From the IMG/VR virus record IMGVR_UViG_3300014031_000005, positions 1 to 31,570 of that record: a stretch of 31,570 nt of DNA; one strand, given 5' to 3'. The notes under the pieces were generated by a model, which saw only the letters and a list, made by a program, of their open reading frames with translations, did not search any database and had not been told where the DNA came from. The translations under genes and the position numbers were made by a program. This document shows, piece after piece, positions 16,524 through 24,247 of the stretch. How positions within the stretch are numbered: the stretch's first letter is position 1; each line of letters starts with the position of its first letter. Origin of the DNA: a virus (Duplodnaviria; Caudoviricetes).

Positions 16524-16580
16524 GTGTCTCCCAGGGTTAGAGCTTCATGCTAGGGCATACCCGGGACTTATGGGCGGGGT

Positions 16581-18179
16581 CTAGAGAACCGTCCACCTTT
16601 CGTCGGTTGCCATCCAGACAGCCCAGAAGTCGATGAGCATCGTCTTGGTCGAATCGAAGTCGGTGGCGTAAAGGTAGTTCTCGTTTACGCCGGTCCCGTT
16701 TTTCATCAGGTTAATGAAGTTGGCGGCTGTGAACTTTGCCCATACCGAGTAGAAGCCCGCGCCGAGGTTGAAGTAGTTGAAGTTGACCGCGGCGGGTGGG
16801 TTGGGGTCTCGCGTCGATACCAATGCCGGGGAGGGTAGGCCACCAATTTTGAGGGCACCCGCACAGGACGTGTCCCAACCGCTGCCTGTGTTGGTCTGTC
16901 CGGCTGTCAGTGCGAGGTCGGCGAGCACAGTCCCGGTGCCAGACACGATGGTGACCGTGGCTGTAGGGCCGGTGCGCGTTGAGGAGAGTCGGAAGATACC
17001 CCCGACGATGCCGCACGACCCGTCCGCTCCGACCGCTGTGGCCACCTTTCCGGCGGCAGCAGTGGGCGTGTCGCCGGTCGCGAGCGGGATGGTGATGTTG
17101 GCCGCTCCGTTGATGCTGACCACCAAGTCGCCCCCGGTGACGATGTTCACCGCCGCAATCGACCCAGCGACTGCCGCGTTGACGGCCGCGTTGATCCGTA
17201 GTGACACACGGACAAACGCCATGCCTCCGACTACGTCATAGAACCCGGTCTGGGTGGTGTAGGTATGTGTGCCTGTCGTGGTCGATCCATACAGGGTGGG
17301 AGAGAACTTCCCGCGCATATCGACGCTCGCCACCTGCTTGCCCATGTGCGAGACGAATGTGCGGTGGGCCGGGTCGGTGAACTCACCTATGGCGACCGCA
17401 TTCCCCTTGAGTTTCTCTGCCGCCGACCATGGCAGGATTGGCACGCTGGCCGCTTGGGCGTAGTCGATGACGTTGTTCAGTTTCGTGATGCTCGCGGCCT
17501 GTCCGCTGGCATTGAGTTCGTAACTGTGCGTCAGGATGACCAGCCAACCGTTCGCGGTCACGGTGGCGTCGATCTTGGCCTTCAGTTCCGCCTCAGTGAG
17601 TACGTCCGCGTTGACGCGCTGACCCAGCCATGAATCGAGCGGCTCGACGTTGTAACTGTTGATGTTGTTGGTGGCGATGCCGTACCGGAAATACTTGCGG
17701 GCGACGTTCTTCTTCGCCACGTCAGCGGTGGCAAGGCCACCGGGGTAGACCAGCACGTCAGCGCACGCAGGGAAGTTCGCCTGCATCCACTCCTGTCCTG
17801 CCAGCCAGTCTGCGTCAAGAGCCGCGACCGTACTGGTATCGGAAGAGATGTGGGAGTAGGAGTGACAGAGGATGTCGTGCCCCAACGCTTCGATGGACTG
17901 CGCTTGGGCAAGTGTGACGCTCGCGTATGTGGGGTCAACAATGGCACCTGAGACGCGGCCAGTGATGAGGGCGAGCGACATTGTGATGCCCTGAGCGGCA
18001 CAGATCGGCCCCCAGATGTCGAACCAGAGAGGGTTGCCGTCGTCGTCGATGAACGTGATAACGGGGCCGTCGCCGGGGTTTGAGTAGGGGCTGGACTGCA
18101 CCTCTCGCCCTTGAGCGAGCGTCCCATATGTGGAACTAGCGACTGACGGAGCGAGACCTGGTTGGCTGATCCTTGTCAT
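16581..18179 (-). CDS. Polysaccharide deacetylase (CE4/NodB-like) domain fused to tail-fibre-like beta domains
   Basis: CE4 motifs ITFIDDDG, HSYSH, YPGG and VILTH. The C-terminal FSPTLYGSTTTG..TYTTQTGFY..VGG...LKIGGLP pattern is typical of phage fibre head domains. Confidence 0.8.
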   Translation of the reverse strand: MTRISQPGLAPSVASSTYGTLAQGREVQSSPYSNPGDGPVITFIDDDGNPLWFDIWGPICAAQGITMSLALITGRVSGAIVDPTYASVTLAQAQSIEALGHDILCHSYSHISSDTSTVAALDADWLAGQEWMQANFPACADVLVYPGGLATADVAKKNVARKYFRYGIATNNINSYNVEPLDSWLGQRVNADVLTEAELKAKIDATVTANGWLVILTHSYELNASGQAASITKLNNVIDYAQAASVPILPWSAAEKLKGNAVAIGEFTDPAHRTFVSHMGKQVASVDMRGKFSPTLYGSTTTGTHTYTTQTGFYDVVGGMAFVRVSLRINAAVNAAVAGSIAAVNIVTGGDLVVSINGAANITIPLATGDTPTAAAGKVATAVGADGSCGIVGGIFRLSSTRTGPTATVTIVSGTGTVLADLALTAGQTNTGSGWDTSCAGALKIGGLPSPALVSTRDPNPPAAVNFNYFNLGAGFYSVWAKFTAANFINLMKNGTGVNENYLYATDFDSTKTMLIDFWAVWMATDERWTVL

Positions 18180-18478
18180 CAGACGCCCCGCGCAAGGGTG
18201 TTGACGACCTGGGTGCCGGTGGCGACAATCCCATACACGGCCTCCCCGATCGCCGAGGAGACAGGGGTGTCGATGTCGAGGAACAGCGACTCGCCGGCCG
18301 CAAGCGGCCAGCCCTGTGTCGCACCCGAGGCTGTGACAGTCGAGTCACCGATGAAGACGGTGACACCGCCGGCCGGGACCTTCACGGCGAAAGACTCACC
18401 GGCCTGAAAGTCATGCTGAGCCGCGTTCAACAGAGTCGCCGTGGCGGCAACAGTGACAGTTCCAGCTGATAGCGCCAT
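18179..18478 (-). CDS. Small beta-rich putative virion protein
   Basis: ATG 18478 after GAGGGAG; 99 aa (VTVFIGDSTVT..GWPLAAGESL); TGATG-coupled to the deacetylase gene. Confidence 0.7.
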   Translation of the reverse strand: MALSAGTVTVAATATLLNAAQHDFQAGESFAVKVPAGGVTVFIGDSTVTASGATQGWPLAAGESLFLDIDTPVSSAIGEAVYGIVATGTQVVNTLARGV

Positions 18479-18495
18479 GATGTGATACTCCCTCG

Positions 18496-18552
18496 CATCT
18501 TGAGAACGCTGGGTATGTCGGCCCGCGGGCTGATAAGCCAACGGGCCAGGTC
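18496..18552. repeat. Direct repeat copy 1 (~57 bp; probable promoter/leader element)
   Basis: CATCTTGAGAACGCTGGGTATGTCGGCCCGC-N8-AAGCCAACGGG-CCAGGTC, matching 20250-20308. Confidence 0.85.
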
Positions 18553-18563
18553 ACCCGCCGACC

Positions 18564-19549
18564 TCATCCGTCGAGCGCCACCGCCATGACATTCATGGAG
18601 CCGCAATCCAGGCACTGATGAACGACGCCCGACCCATGCTTACCCTGCCGCAACTGGAGGTTCTCTGGGCGATTATCAGCGTGGTCACCATTGATGTGAT
18701 GAGCCGTCTCCGTGGAGGTCAGGGGTCGCCCGAGCTTGCGAGCCATGACCAGACGATGCTCCAAGACGTAGCCGCCACTGATCGTGACCGGAACAAGGTG
18801 AGCATCCTCAGACATGACATAGACGCGGACGTAGCCACCCTCATCAACAGTACGACCGCCCTTCCAGGCGCCATGGTCGGCGCCCCGGGCCTGAGGCTTA
18901 GGCAGGATGATGCCAAGATCACGCATCTTGCGGCCAATGGCAGACTGGGAGTAGCCGACCTCCTCAGCGATCGACTGCTGACTGCGGCCCGACTCGTACT
19001 GCTCTCGCAGCCACTGAATGCGCTCGAGGGTCCAGAACGCCTTACGGATCCGCCAAGTGTCCGTCACCCCGGCCCGGTTGAGAGTGTTACGCACCGTCAC
19101 AACATTTCCACCATGGCGACGTACCAACTCCGACAGAGAAGCACCGGCTTCGTGCTCCGCGACGAGTTGTGTGATCTGGTCGCCCTTGAAGCGATGATTC
19201 TGTCCACCCAGCCGCGCATTGCGGCCGGATTCGGCAATCACCCGCGAGACGTTAACGTCGCGAGTGCCGATCTGGCGAGCGATTCCCTTGACACTGAGGC
19301 CGCCGTCGAAGAGACCGATAATCTCAGTGCAAGAATCGGGCGTCTCCTCCCAATGGCGATACGACACCGTTCCCGTCAGCACGCCACGATGTCGCAACGC
19401 TGTGCCCGTCCGCTTCAGTGAACCAGCGACCGGCACATGAGAGACGCCGTAGGTATCTGCAATGGTCTGCAACGTCGCCCACCTCCGTACCGGGTCGCGA
19501 TCTCTAGGTCTTGCTCGGGCGTGAAGTACGGCTTGCGTCCTCTAGGCAT
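18564..19549 (-). CDS. HNH endonuclease with four tandem N-terminal HTH repeats; 5' end interrupted by a 1-nt frameshift near 19478 (main frame 18564-19472)
   Basis: YVLEHRLVMARKLGRPL...HHINGDHADNRPENL is an HNH_3-type motif. The upstream frame MPRGRKPYFTPEQDLEIATRYGGG completes the first HTH if joined to ATLQTIADTYGVS. Confidence 0.8.
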
Positions 19550-19597
19550 GGACTCGTCATCGACCGCCCATCTAAACAACCAATGACGGTGACACCT

Positions 19598-19999
19598 TCA
19601 CGAGAGACTGGCCGTCAGGCTTGAAATCGCGATCGTGAACGTGTCACCAGCGTTCGTCGTCTTGTTGGCGGTCAGCGCGCCGAACCACTTACGCAGCGGC
19701 GTGGTGACGGCGGAGTCCCACAACTCGATGGCGGTGATCGTGGCCGCCGGCATGTTGGTCTGGGTCAGGGCAACAGAGGAGGCCGCAGACTCGGCGGCAG
19801 CAGCGGCCATGGTGGCCGGAGACAGGCCAGTGCCCGCAACATAGGAGCCGCCCGTAGCGAGTTCGGTGCCGGCCGTCGTGGCCGTGCCGATCGCCGTGTC
19901 GAGACGGGCCTTCAGCGGCGTGACCGTGGCAACGAAGGCCGCAGTCCCCAAAGAGGCGTCGAGGATGTTGTCGGCATGGACTTGATCGAGTGCGGGCAT
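19598..19999 (-). CDS. Small tail-fibre-associated protein (Gp80-like), paralogue of 4930-5355
   Basis: 133 aa with an AAGGAGG RBS. ADNILD...GTEL..GGSY...ITAIELWDSA...WFGALTANKTTNAGDTFTI. Confidence 0.7.
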   Translation of the reverse strand: MPALDQVHADNILDASLGTAAFVATVTPLKARLDTAIGTATTAGTELATGGSYVAGTGLSPATMAAAAAESAASSVALTQTNMPAATITAIELWDSAVTTPLRKWFGALTANKTTNAGDTFTIAISSLTASLS

Positions 20000-20002
20000 G
20001 AC

Positions 20003-20245
20003 TCACGCCTCCTTGTGAAGATCGAAGATGTGGGCTCGCAACTCGTCGCCATGGGTGCCAGACTCGGCCGCCGCGATGATGGCCCCGACCTTGTCGCTGG
20101 AAGCGATGAGCTCGGCCTTCTGGTCGAAGGAGAGGCAGTCGTGGTGATGGGTGGAGCCACCGAAGCCGTGGACCTTGGGGTGGTCGTCGCTCTGGCCACA
20201 CTGGTCGCATCGGGAAACGTGGAGATTCACTGGGGCTCCTTCCAT
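20003..20245 (-). CDS. Small Zn-binding hypothetical protein
   Basis: CDQC...DDHPKVH...HHDC. The true start may be the GTG at ~20230 after AAGGAG. Confidence 0.7.
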   Translation of the reverse strand: MEGAPVNLHVSRCDQCGQSDDHPKVHGFGGSTHHHDCLSFDQKAELIASSDKVGAIIAAAESGTHGDELRAHIFDLHKEA

Positions 20246-20249
20246 GAGC

Positions 20250-20308
20250 CATCTGGAGAACGCTGGCTATGTCGGCCCGCAACGCAAGAAGCCAACGGGG
20301 ACCAGGTC
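20250..20308. repeat. Direct repeat copy 2 (~59 bp)
   Basis: CATCTGGAGAACGCTGGCTATGTCGGCCCGC-N8-AAGCCAACGGGGACCAGGTC; the first 31 bp match copy 1 at 29/31. Confidence 0.85.
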
Positions 20309-20414
20309 CACGAGTCCTCGCCGGCCCGTCCTCCTTGGCCCCCGTTGGGGACTACCACGCCGCCCGGCCACCAAGCACCACCCTGGAACACCGTCTACCG
20401 AGCGGCGTGAGCTC

Positions 20415-20828
20415 TCAGACCAACTCGTAAGTCTCCTGGAAGATGTCCGGCTTGATCGCCCAGTGCTCACCGTGGACACCGGTCGGAATCCAGTCGCCGG
20501 GGCAGACGGTGTGCCCACCTTCGAGGTCATCGATCCAGCCGTGCTCGTGCCACGTGAAGCCGCAAACGTCGTGAGTCTTGGCCCCGGCGAACTCGGGCTC
20601 AGGGCTGCGGAAGTACCGGACGACCACGCCTTCGAGCCGCGTGTAATACGCCTCGTCGGGAATGTCGGCATCTGCGATCATGGCGCCGGGGTTATCCATC
20701 AAGTCGGGGCGTATCTCGTAGAGCTTCATCTCGTCCACGGCACGCTTGCCGACCAAATCATCTGGGTGGTCGCCATTCTTGAACCACTGACTTGCCTCGA
20801 TGAGCGCAGTCTTGCGATACAAGCTCAC
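20415..20828 (-). CDS. Conserved phage hypothetical protein (PGDYG-like family)
   Basis: YRKTALIEASQW...LEGGHTVCPGDWI.TGVHGEHWAIKPDIFQETYE is a widespread phage motif; ATGA overlap. Confidence 0.8.
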   Translation of the reverse strand: MSLYRKTALIEASQWFKNGDHPDDLVGKRAVDEMKLYEIRPDLMDNPGAMIADADIPDEAYYTRLEGVVVRYFRSPEPEFAGAKTHDVCGFTWHEHGWIDDLEGGHTVCPGDWIPTGVHGEHWAIKPDIFQETYELV

Positions 20829-21406
20829 GAGAAGTGCTCCGTCCCGAGATGGTCTTCAGCTTCCATCGTGGCTTGCGGGCCGCCCTTGGAGTACCGCTCC
20901 GCGATCAGGTCACGCACGAGCGCGATCTGCAGGTGCGAGCAGTCCATCGACTCCCCGACCTCTGCCAGACGCCGCAGCGGGAGCTCACCCAGACCCTCCA
21001 CCCGGGCCTTGAAGGCGTCCTTGCCCAGGTCATAGATCTCCAGCAGCTGCTCCGTGGACAGAGCATCCGTGGAGGCCGTGCTCGGGTCCTGCTGTTGGTC
21101 AGCGTCGATCCGCACCAGCATCCCGTTCAGGAATGGGTCGTGCACAGGCTCCATACACCGGGCCTGGTTCTCCTCCCGGTCCACGGTCTGGATCCGAAAC
21201 TGCTGACCCTCCCGGTTCGGGCCGATGACCAGGCTCGCCTCTACCGGCTGCCCGAAGCGGTTGAACTGCGTCACCCGCAGCGACACCGAACCCGGTACCT
21301 GGATCGCCCAGATCTCCTCGTCGGCGTTGCGGGCCTTGACCTGCGGGCCCATCTCGGTGCGCGCAAGCGGGACATTCAAGCCTGTGTCCAAGCTGTTGAT
21401 CGACAT
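20825..21406 (-). CDS. Hypothetical protein
   Basis: ATG 21406 after AAAGGAG; 193 aa, acidic. Confidence 0.7.
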   Translation of the reverse strand: MSINSLDTGLNVPLARTEMGPQVKARNADEEIWAIQVPGSVSLRVTQFNRFGQPVEASLVIGPNREGQQFRIQTVDREENQARCMEPVHDPFLNGMLVRIDADQQQDPSTASTDALSTEQLLEIYDLGKDAFKARVEGLGELPLRRLAEVGESMDCSHLQIALVRDLIAERYSKGGPQATMEAEDHLGTEHFS

Positions 21407-21425
21407 GCCAGTCTCCTTTCGAGAC

Positions 21426-21445
21426 GCGGCAACGGGCGTTGCCGC
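21426..21445. promoter_or_regulatory. Extended palindrome GCGGCAACG-GG-CGTTGCCGC just upstream of an RBS
   Basis: 9-bp inverted arms around the AACG-NN-CGTT core; could be an operator or a hairpin. Confidence 0.5.
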
Positions 21446-21453
21446 CCTGTGCC

Positions 21454-22404
21454 TTACGGACGGGTGATGTTCCGGTTCCATGCAGCGGCCCACGTGAGCG
21501 GGCCAATCAGCGAGTCGGTCGGCATGTGCCAGCCGTGCTGGGCTGCAAGCGCGACGCCCGCAGTCTCTCCACGAGGGGTGAGGTCACCGGGGAAGCCGTA
21601 ACGACCGTCTGCGACGATCCTCCAGCCGCGATGAGCCATGCGAGCCTGCCAGCGCAGCAGGTCGGAAGCATGGCTGTAGTAGCCGCTGATGGAGTTGTTA
21701 CCGCCGCCGGCTGGACCGAAGTACTGCCCACGTCCCAGTGGGTATGCCGGAGCAGAAACGCCCTTCTCGATGACAACAGACCCTGAGGGGTGCTTCATCA
21801 TCGGCGGGGGAGTCGGTCTGATCGGAGGCCGCACCCCTGGGTACCAGAGGCCCGCCTCGCTCAAGACCACGTCCTCGTCATAGCCCGCCGAGCTGCCACC
21901 GATGGGCGGCAAGGTGTGCCTCAGACGCTGGTAGAGATCGGCCTTGGAGCTGATCCCGGTAGACCACGCCGAGGTCTGCCAGCCATACCGGACCCGGACC
22001 CCTGTCATTGCGTCCACGATGCGCTGGCCGCCATAACAGCCGGCGCCGTAGGTGGCACCGTGACCGATCGCGGCGTAGTACGGATCCACCTGCGCCGGGG
22101 AGGCGTCGAAGTCCGTGGCGTAGTAGATGCCCACCGTCTTGGGGATGCCAATCGCGACAGCCAAGCGCTCTGCGAGATTCGCATCAGCGGCGCCGGCGGC
22201 CGAACCTTGAGCACTGCGGTTCCTTGTGGTCTCCCACACGACGCCGACGCTCAGGCCCTGGGCGTGCCACGCCGCGGCGATGGCGGCCGTGATGTTCTTG
22301 GAGGGGTCGTTGGACAGATACCCGATCATGCCCGAGTAGCCGTCAGCCTTGGCCTTGGCCGGATCGATCTTGGTCCAGGACTCGTCGATAACCAGAATCG
22401 TCAT
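21454..22404 (-). CDS. Endolysin: DUF1906/Rv2525c-like GH25-type muramidase plus C-terminal peptidoglycan-binding-like domain
   Basis: ATG 22404 overlaps the upstream TGA. GYLS..PSKNIT, VVWET, IYYATDFD, YGG, WQTSAWS; Pro-rich linker; WQARM..RGW.IVADGRYG...DSLIGPLTW. Confidence 0.85.
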   Translation of the reverse strand: MTILVIDESWTKIDPAKAKADGYSGMIGYLSNDPSKNITAAIAAAWHAQGLSVGVVWETTRNRSAQGSAAGAADANLAERLAVAIGIPKTVGIYYATDFDASPAQVDPYYAAIGHGATYGAGCYGGQRIVDAMTGVRVRYGWQTSAWSTGISSKADLYQRLRHTLPPIGGSSAGYDEDVVLSEAGLWYPGVRPPIRPTPPPMMKHPSGSVVIEKGVSAPAYPLGRGQYFGPAGGGNNSISGYYSHASDLLRWQARMAHRGWRIVADGRYGFPGDLTPRGETAGVALAAQHGWHMPTDSLIGPLTWAAAWNRNITRP

Positions 22405-22604
22405 CGGTTGCCCCGGTTGCCCTTGCGACTGGCCTTGGCGATCTTGCCGCGAGCCCGGCGGACGCCCTTGTCCTTGTCGCTGACGGTGCCCTGGTAGAGC
22501 TTCCTGCCCTGCAGGGACTTCAGGATGGCCCACTCATAGCTGCTGGGCTGGGTAAGGACGGTGGGCACCGGCAGTTTGCGACCGGAAAGGGTCTTTCCGA
22601 ACAT
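22401..22604 (-). CDS. Small highly basic hypothetical protein (67 aa)
   Basis: ATG 22604 after AAGGGAG. LQGRKLYQGTV...RRARGKIAKASRKGNR; coupled to the endolysin. Confidence 0.7.
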   Translation of the reverse strand: MFGKTLSGRKLPVPTVLTQPSSYEWAILKSLQGRKLYQGTVSDKDKGVRRARGKIAKASRKGNRGNR

Positions 22605-22660
22605 GATTTCTCCCTTGGCGAGTAGGTATCCAAGGGCTTCGGACCTGCAAGGCCGGAACT

Positions 22661-22694
22661 GACGAAGGCCCGCACCGAGGTGCAGGCCTTCGTC
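22661..22694 (-). terminator. Terminator-like hairpin after major capsid gene
   Basis: Minus strand GACGAAGGCC-U-GCAC-CUCG-GUGC-G-GGCCUUCGUC: a 15-bp stem including one U-G pair, 13 nt after the capsid stop. Confidence 0.8.
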
Positions 22695-22707
22695 TAGATC
22701 CCCCGGG

Positions 22708-23691
22708 TTACGGGGTAACGGAAGAGTCGATAATCCTGCGGCTCTGCTCGTTGTGGTGCACGAGGCCGCCGATATCCTTCCTCGCTCTGTAATGCCTATA
22801 GTCAACTGTATTTTCATCCCAGCTTTTCACCTGAAGGCCGCCGTAAAGCGCGAACTTGCCGACCGTGCCGCCGAACACCCACAGCTCGTTCGCCGGGATG
22901 AAGGACGTGCCCGAGTCGTCGGTGTAGTTGAGCACCTGGATGATGTTCGCACCGCGGTAGACGCCCAGACGTCCCTTGGCCCGGACCTCTTCGGTGGCCT
23001 CAGGGTCGAACCCGAGGTTGAAGTCGGAGATCTGGTCGACCATGGCAGCCCGGCCGATGATCGTGACGGGCACGGGGCCCATCCCGTTCGGCTTGATCGC
23101 ATCACGGACGTTGCGGATGGCGGTGTCCAAGTCGGACTTCGCCATGCCGGTCACGGCCACGTAGTACGGGCTGGTGTTGGGCACCGCGGCCTGCAAGAGG
23201 TTGAAGATGCGCCGGTTGACCTCAGCCTCGAGGCGCTGCCCTCCCAAGGACACGAGATCCTCGATGGTCTCCGCGAAGTTCATGCGGAGCTTGTCGATGT
23301 GCTCGCTGACGTGGAAGCCCATCGTCTCGCGAGGGAGTTCCCACATCTCGGTGCGCAGCTGGCTCTCTTCGATGTAGCCACCACGCGAGCTCTGGAAGAC
23401 CTTCAGGCCCCTGCGCTCCCGCAGAATGACCTTGTCCCATTCGCCCACGTTCTCGACGTTGAAGTACGTCGAGAAGAGGTTCTCGAAGGTGAACTGGTAG
23501 TCAAGGATCGACTCCAGGTCGGCTGCAACCTGACGGTGGAACTCTGGGTCGTCCCAGCGCTCCCTCGCCTGCTTGTTCAGCTCCTCCTTGGCCTTGGTGT
23601 ACTCCTCAGCGAGCTGAGGGGAGTGGCCCCACGGGTCCACTGCCGCATGTGTGCGGGCGAGCGTCTGAATCGAACTCTTCATGATGGTCAC
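22708..23691 (-). CDS. Major capsid protein (HK97 fold inferred)
   Basis: 327 aa with an AAAGGAG RBS, strong GC3 bias, position after protease-scaffold-decoration, and a following terminator. GRLGVYRGANIIQV is a P-domain-like motif. Confidence 0.88.
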   Translation of the reverse strand: MTIMKSSIQTLARTHAAVDPWGHSPQLAEEYTKAKEELNKQARERWDDPEFHRQVAADLESILDYQFTFENLFSTYFNVENVGEWDKVILRERRGLKVFQSSRGGYIEESQLRTEMWELPRETMGFHVSEHIDKLRMNFAETIEDLVSLGGQRLEAEVNRRIFNLLQAAVPNTSPYYVAVTGMAKSDLDTAIRNVRDAIKPNGMGPVPVTIIGRAAMVDQISDFNLGFDPEATEEVRAKGRLGVYRGANIIQVLNYTDDSGTSFIPANELWVFGGTVGKFALYGGLQVKSWDENTVDYRHYRARKDIGGLVHHNEQSRRIIDSSVTP

Positions 23692-23696
23692 TCCTT

Positions 23697-24230
23697 TCAG
23701 CGGGTGAGGACGGCTTCGACCGTGAGGCCGGCGGTGTCGACCCAGGTGGTCCTGAGCATGGAGTTGGCCGCGGTTGCACCAACTGCGGTGAACTTGGTGC
23801 CGTCCCAGGTCAGGTAACCCATGGGCGCGGGAGGAGTCGTGAAGTCGACCATCGTGACTGCGGCGATGACACGACCATCGGCGCGGGTCTGGGCCGGGGT
23901 GTTCTTGAACCAGACCTTGGTGCCGGCTCCGGCCACGATCACCGAGGGGCGGTTGTTGTACGCCACCCCCAGGCCGAACGAGTCGAGGTGCATCGTTTCG
24001 TAGATGCTCCGGTTCCAGATCTCTTCCTGGACCAGCAGCCCAACGGTGCAGCCTTCGCCGACCGCGCTGGCTGCACAGGCCTCGAGGTAGCCGACGTTGG
24101 CCGGATCGAACTCGACCAGCGAGCCGAGACGGAAGGTCCCAGTCACAGGGGTCTTCAGGCGACCCTCTCGGACAGCGACGCTCTCGTCCGAGCGTCGGAA
24201 CCCGAAATTGAGTCCATAGTCACTTGCCAT
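23697..24230 (-). CDS. Capsid decoration/cement protein
   Basis: 177 aa, beta-rich, with a GGAGGAG RBS, between scaffold and major capsid. Confidence 0.65.
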   Translation of the reverse strand: MASDYGLNFGFRRSDESVAVREGRLKTPVTGTFRLGSLVEFDPANVGYLEACAASAVGEGCTVGLLVQEEIWNRSIYETMHLDSFGLGVAYNNRPSVIVAGAGTKVWFKNTPAQTRADGRVIAAVTMVDFTTPPAPMGYLTWDGTKFTAVGATAANSMLRTTWVDTAGLTVEAVLTR

Positions 24231-24247
24231 TGGTGTCTCCTCCCTTC

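Noticed and set aside
18496-20308. Direct repeats as DGR TR/VR or att sites
   Set aside because: The mismatches are not adenine-specific, both copies are intergenic, and there is no RT or integrase in the window.
20292-20409. tRNA gene
   Set aside because: No T-loop GTTC motif or cloverleaf geometry recognised.
21454-22533. Extended 5' ends given by the ORF track (endolysin 22533, scaffold 24916, chaperone 11264, terL 30209, adaptor 16476)
   Set aside because: Downstream ATGs with an RBS, stop-start overlap or the promoter motif are better supported.
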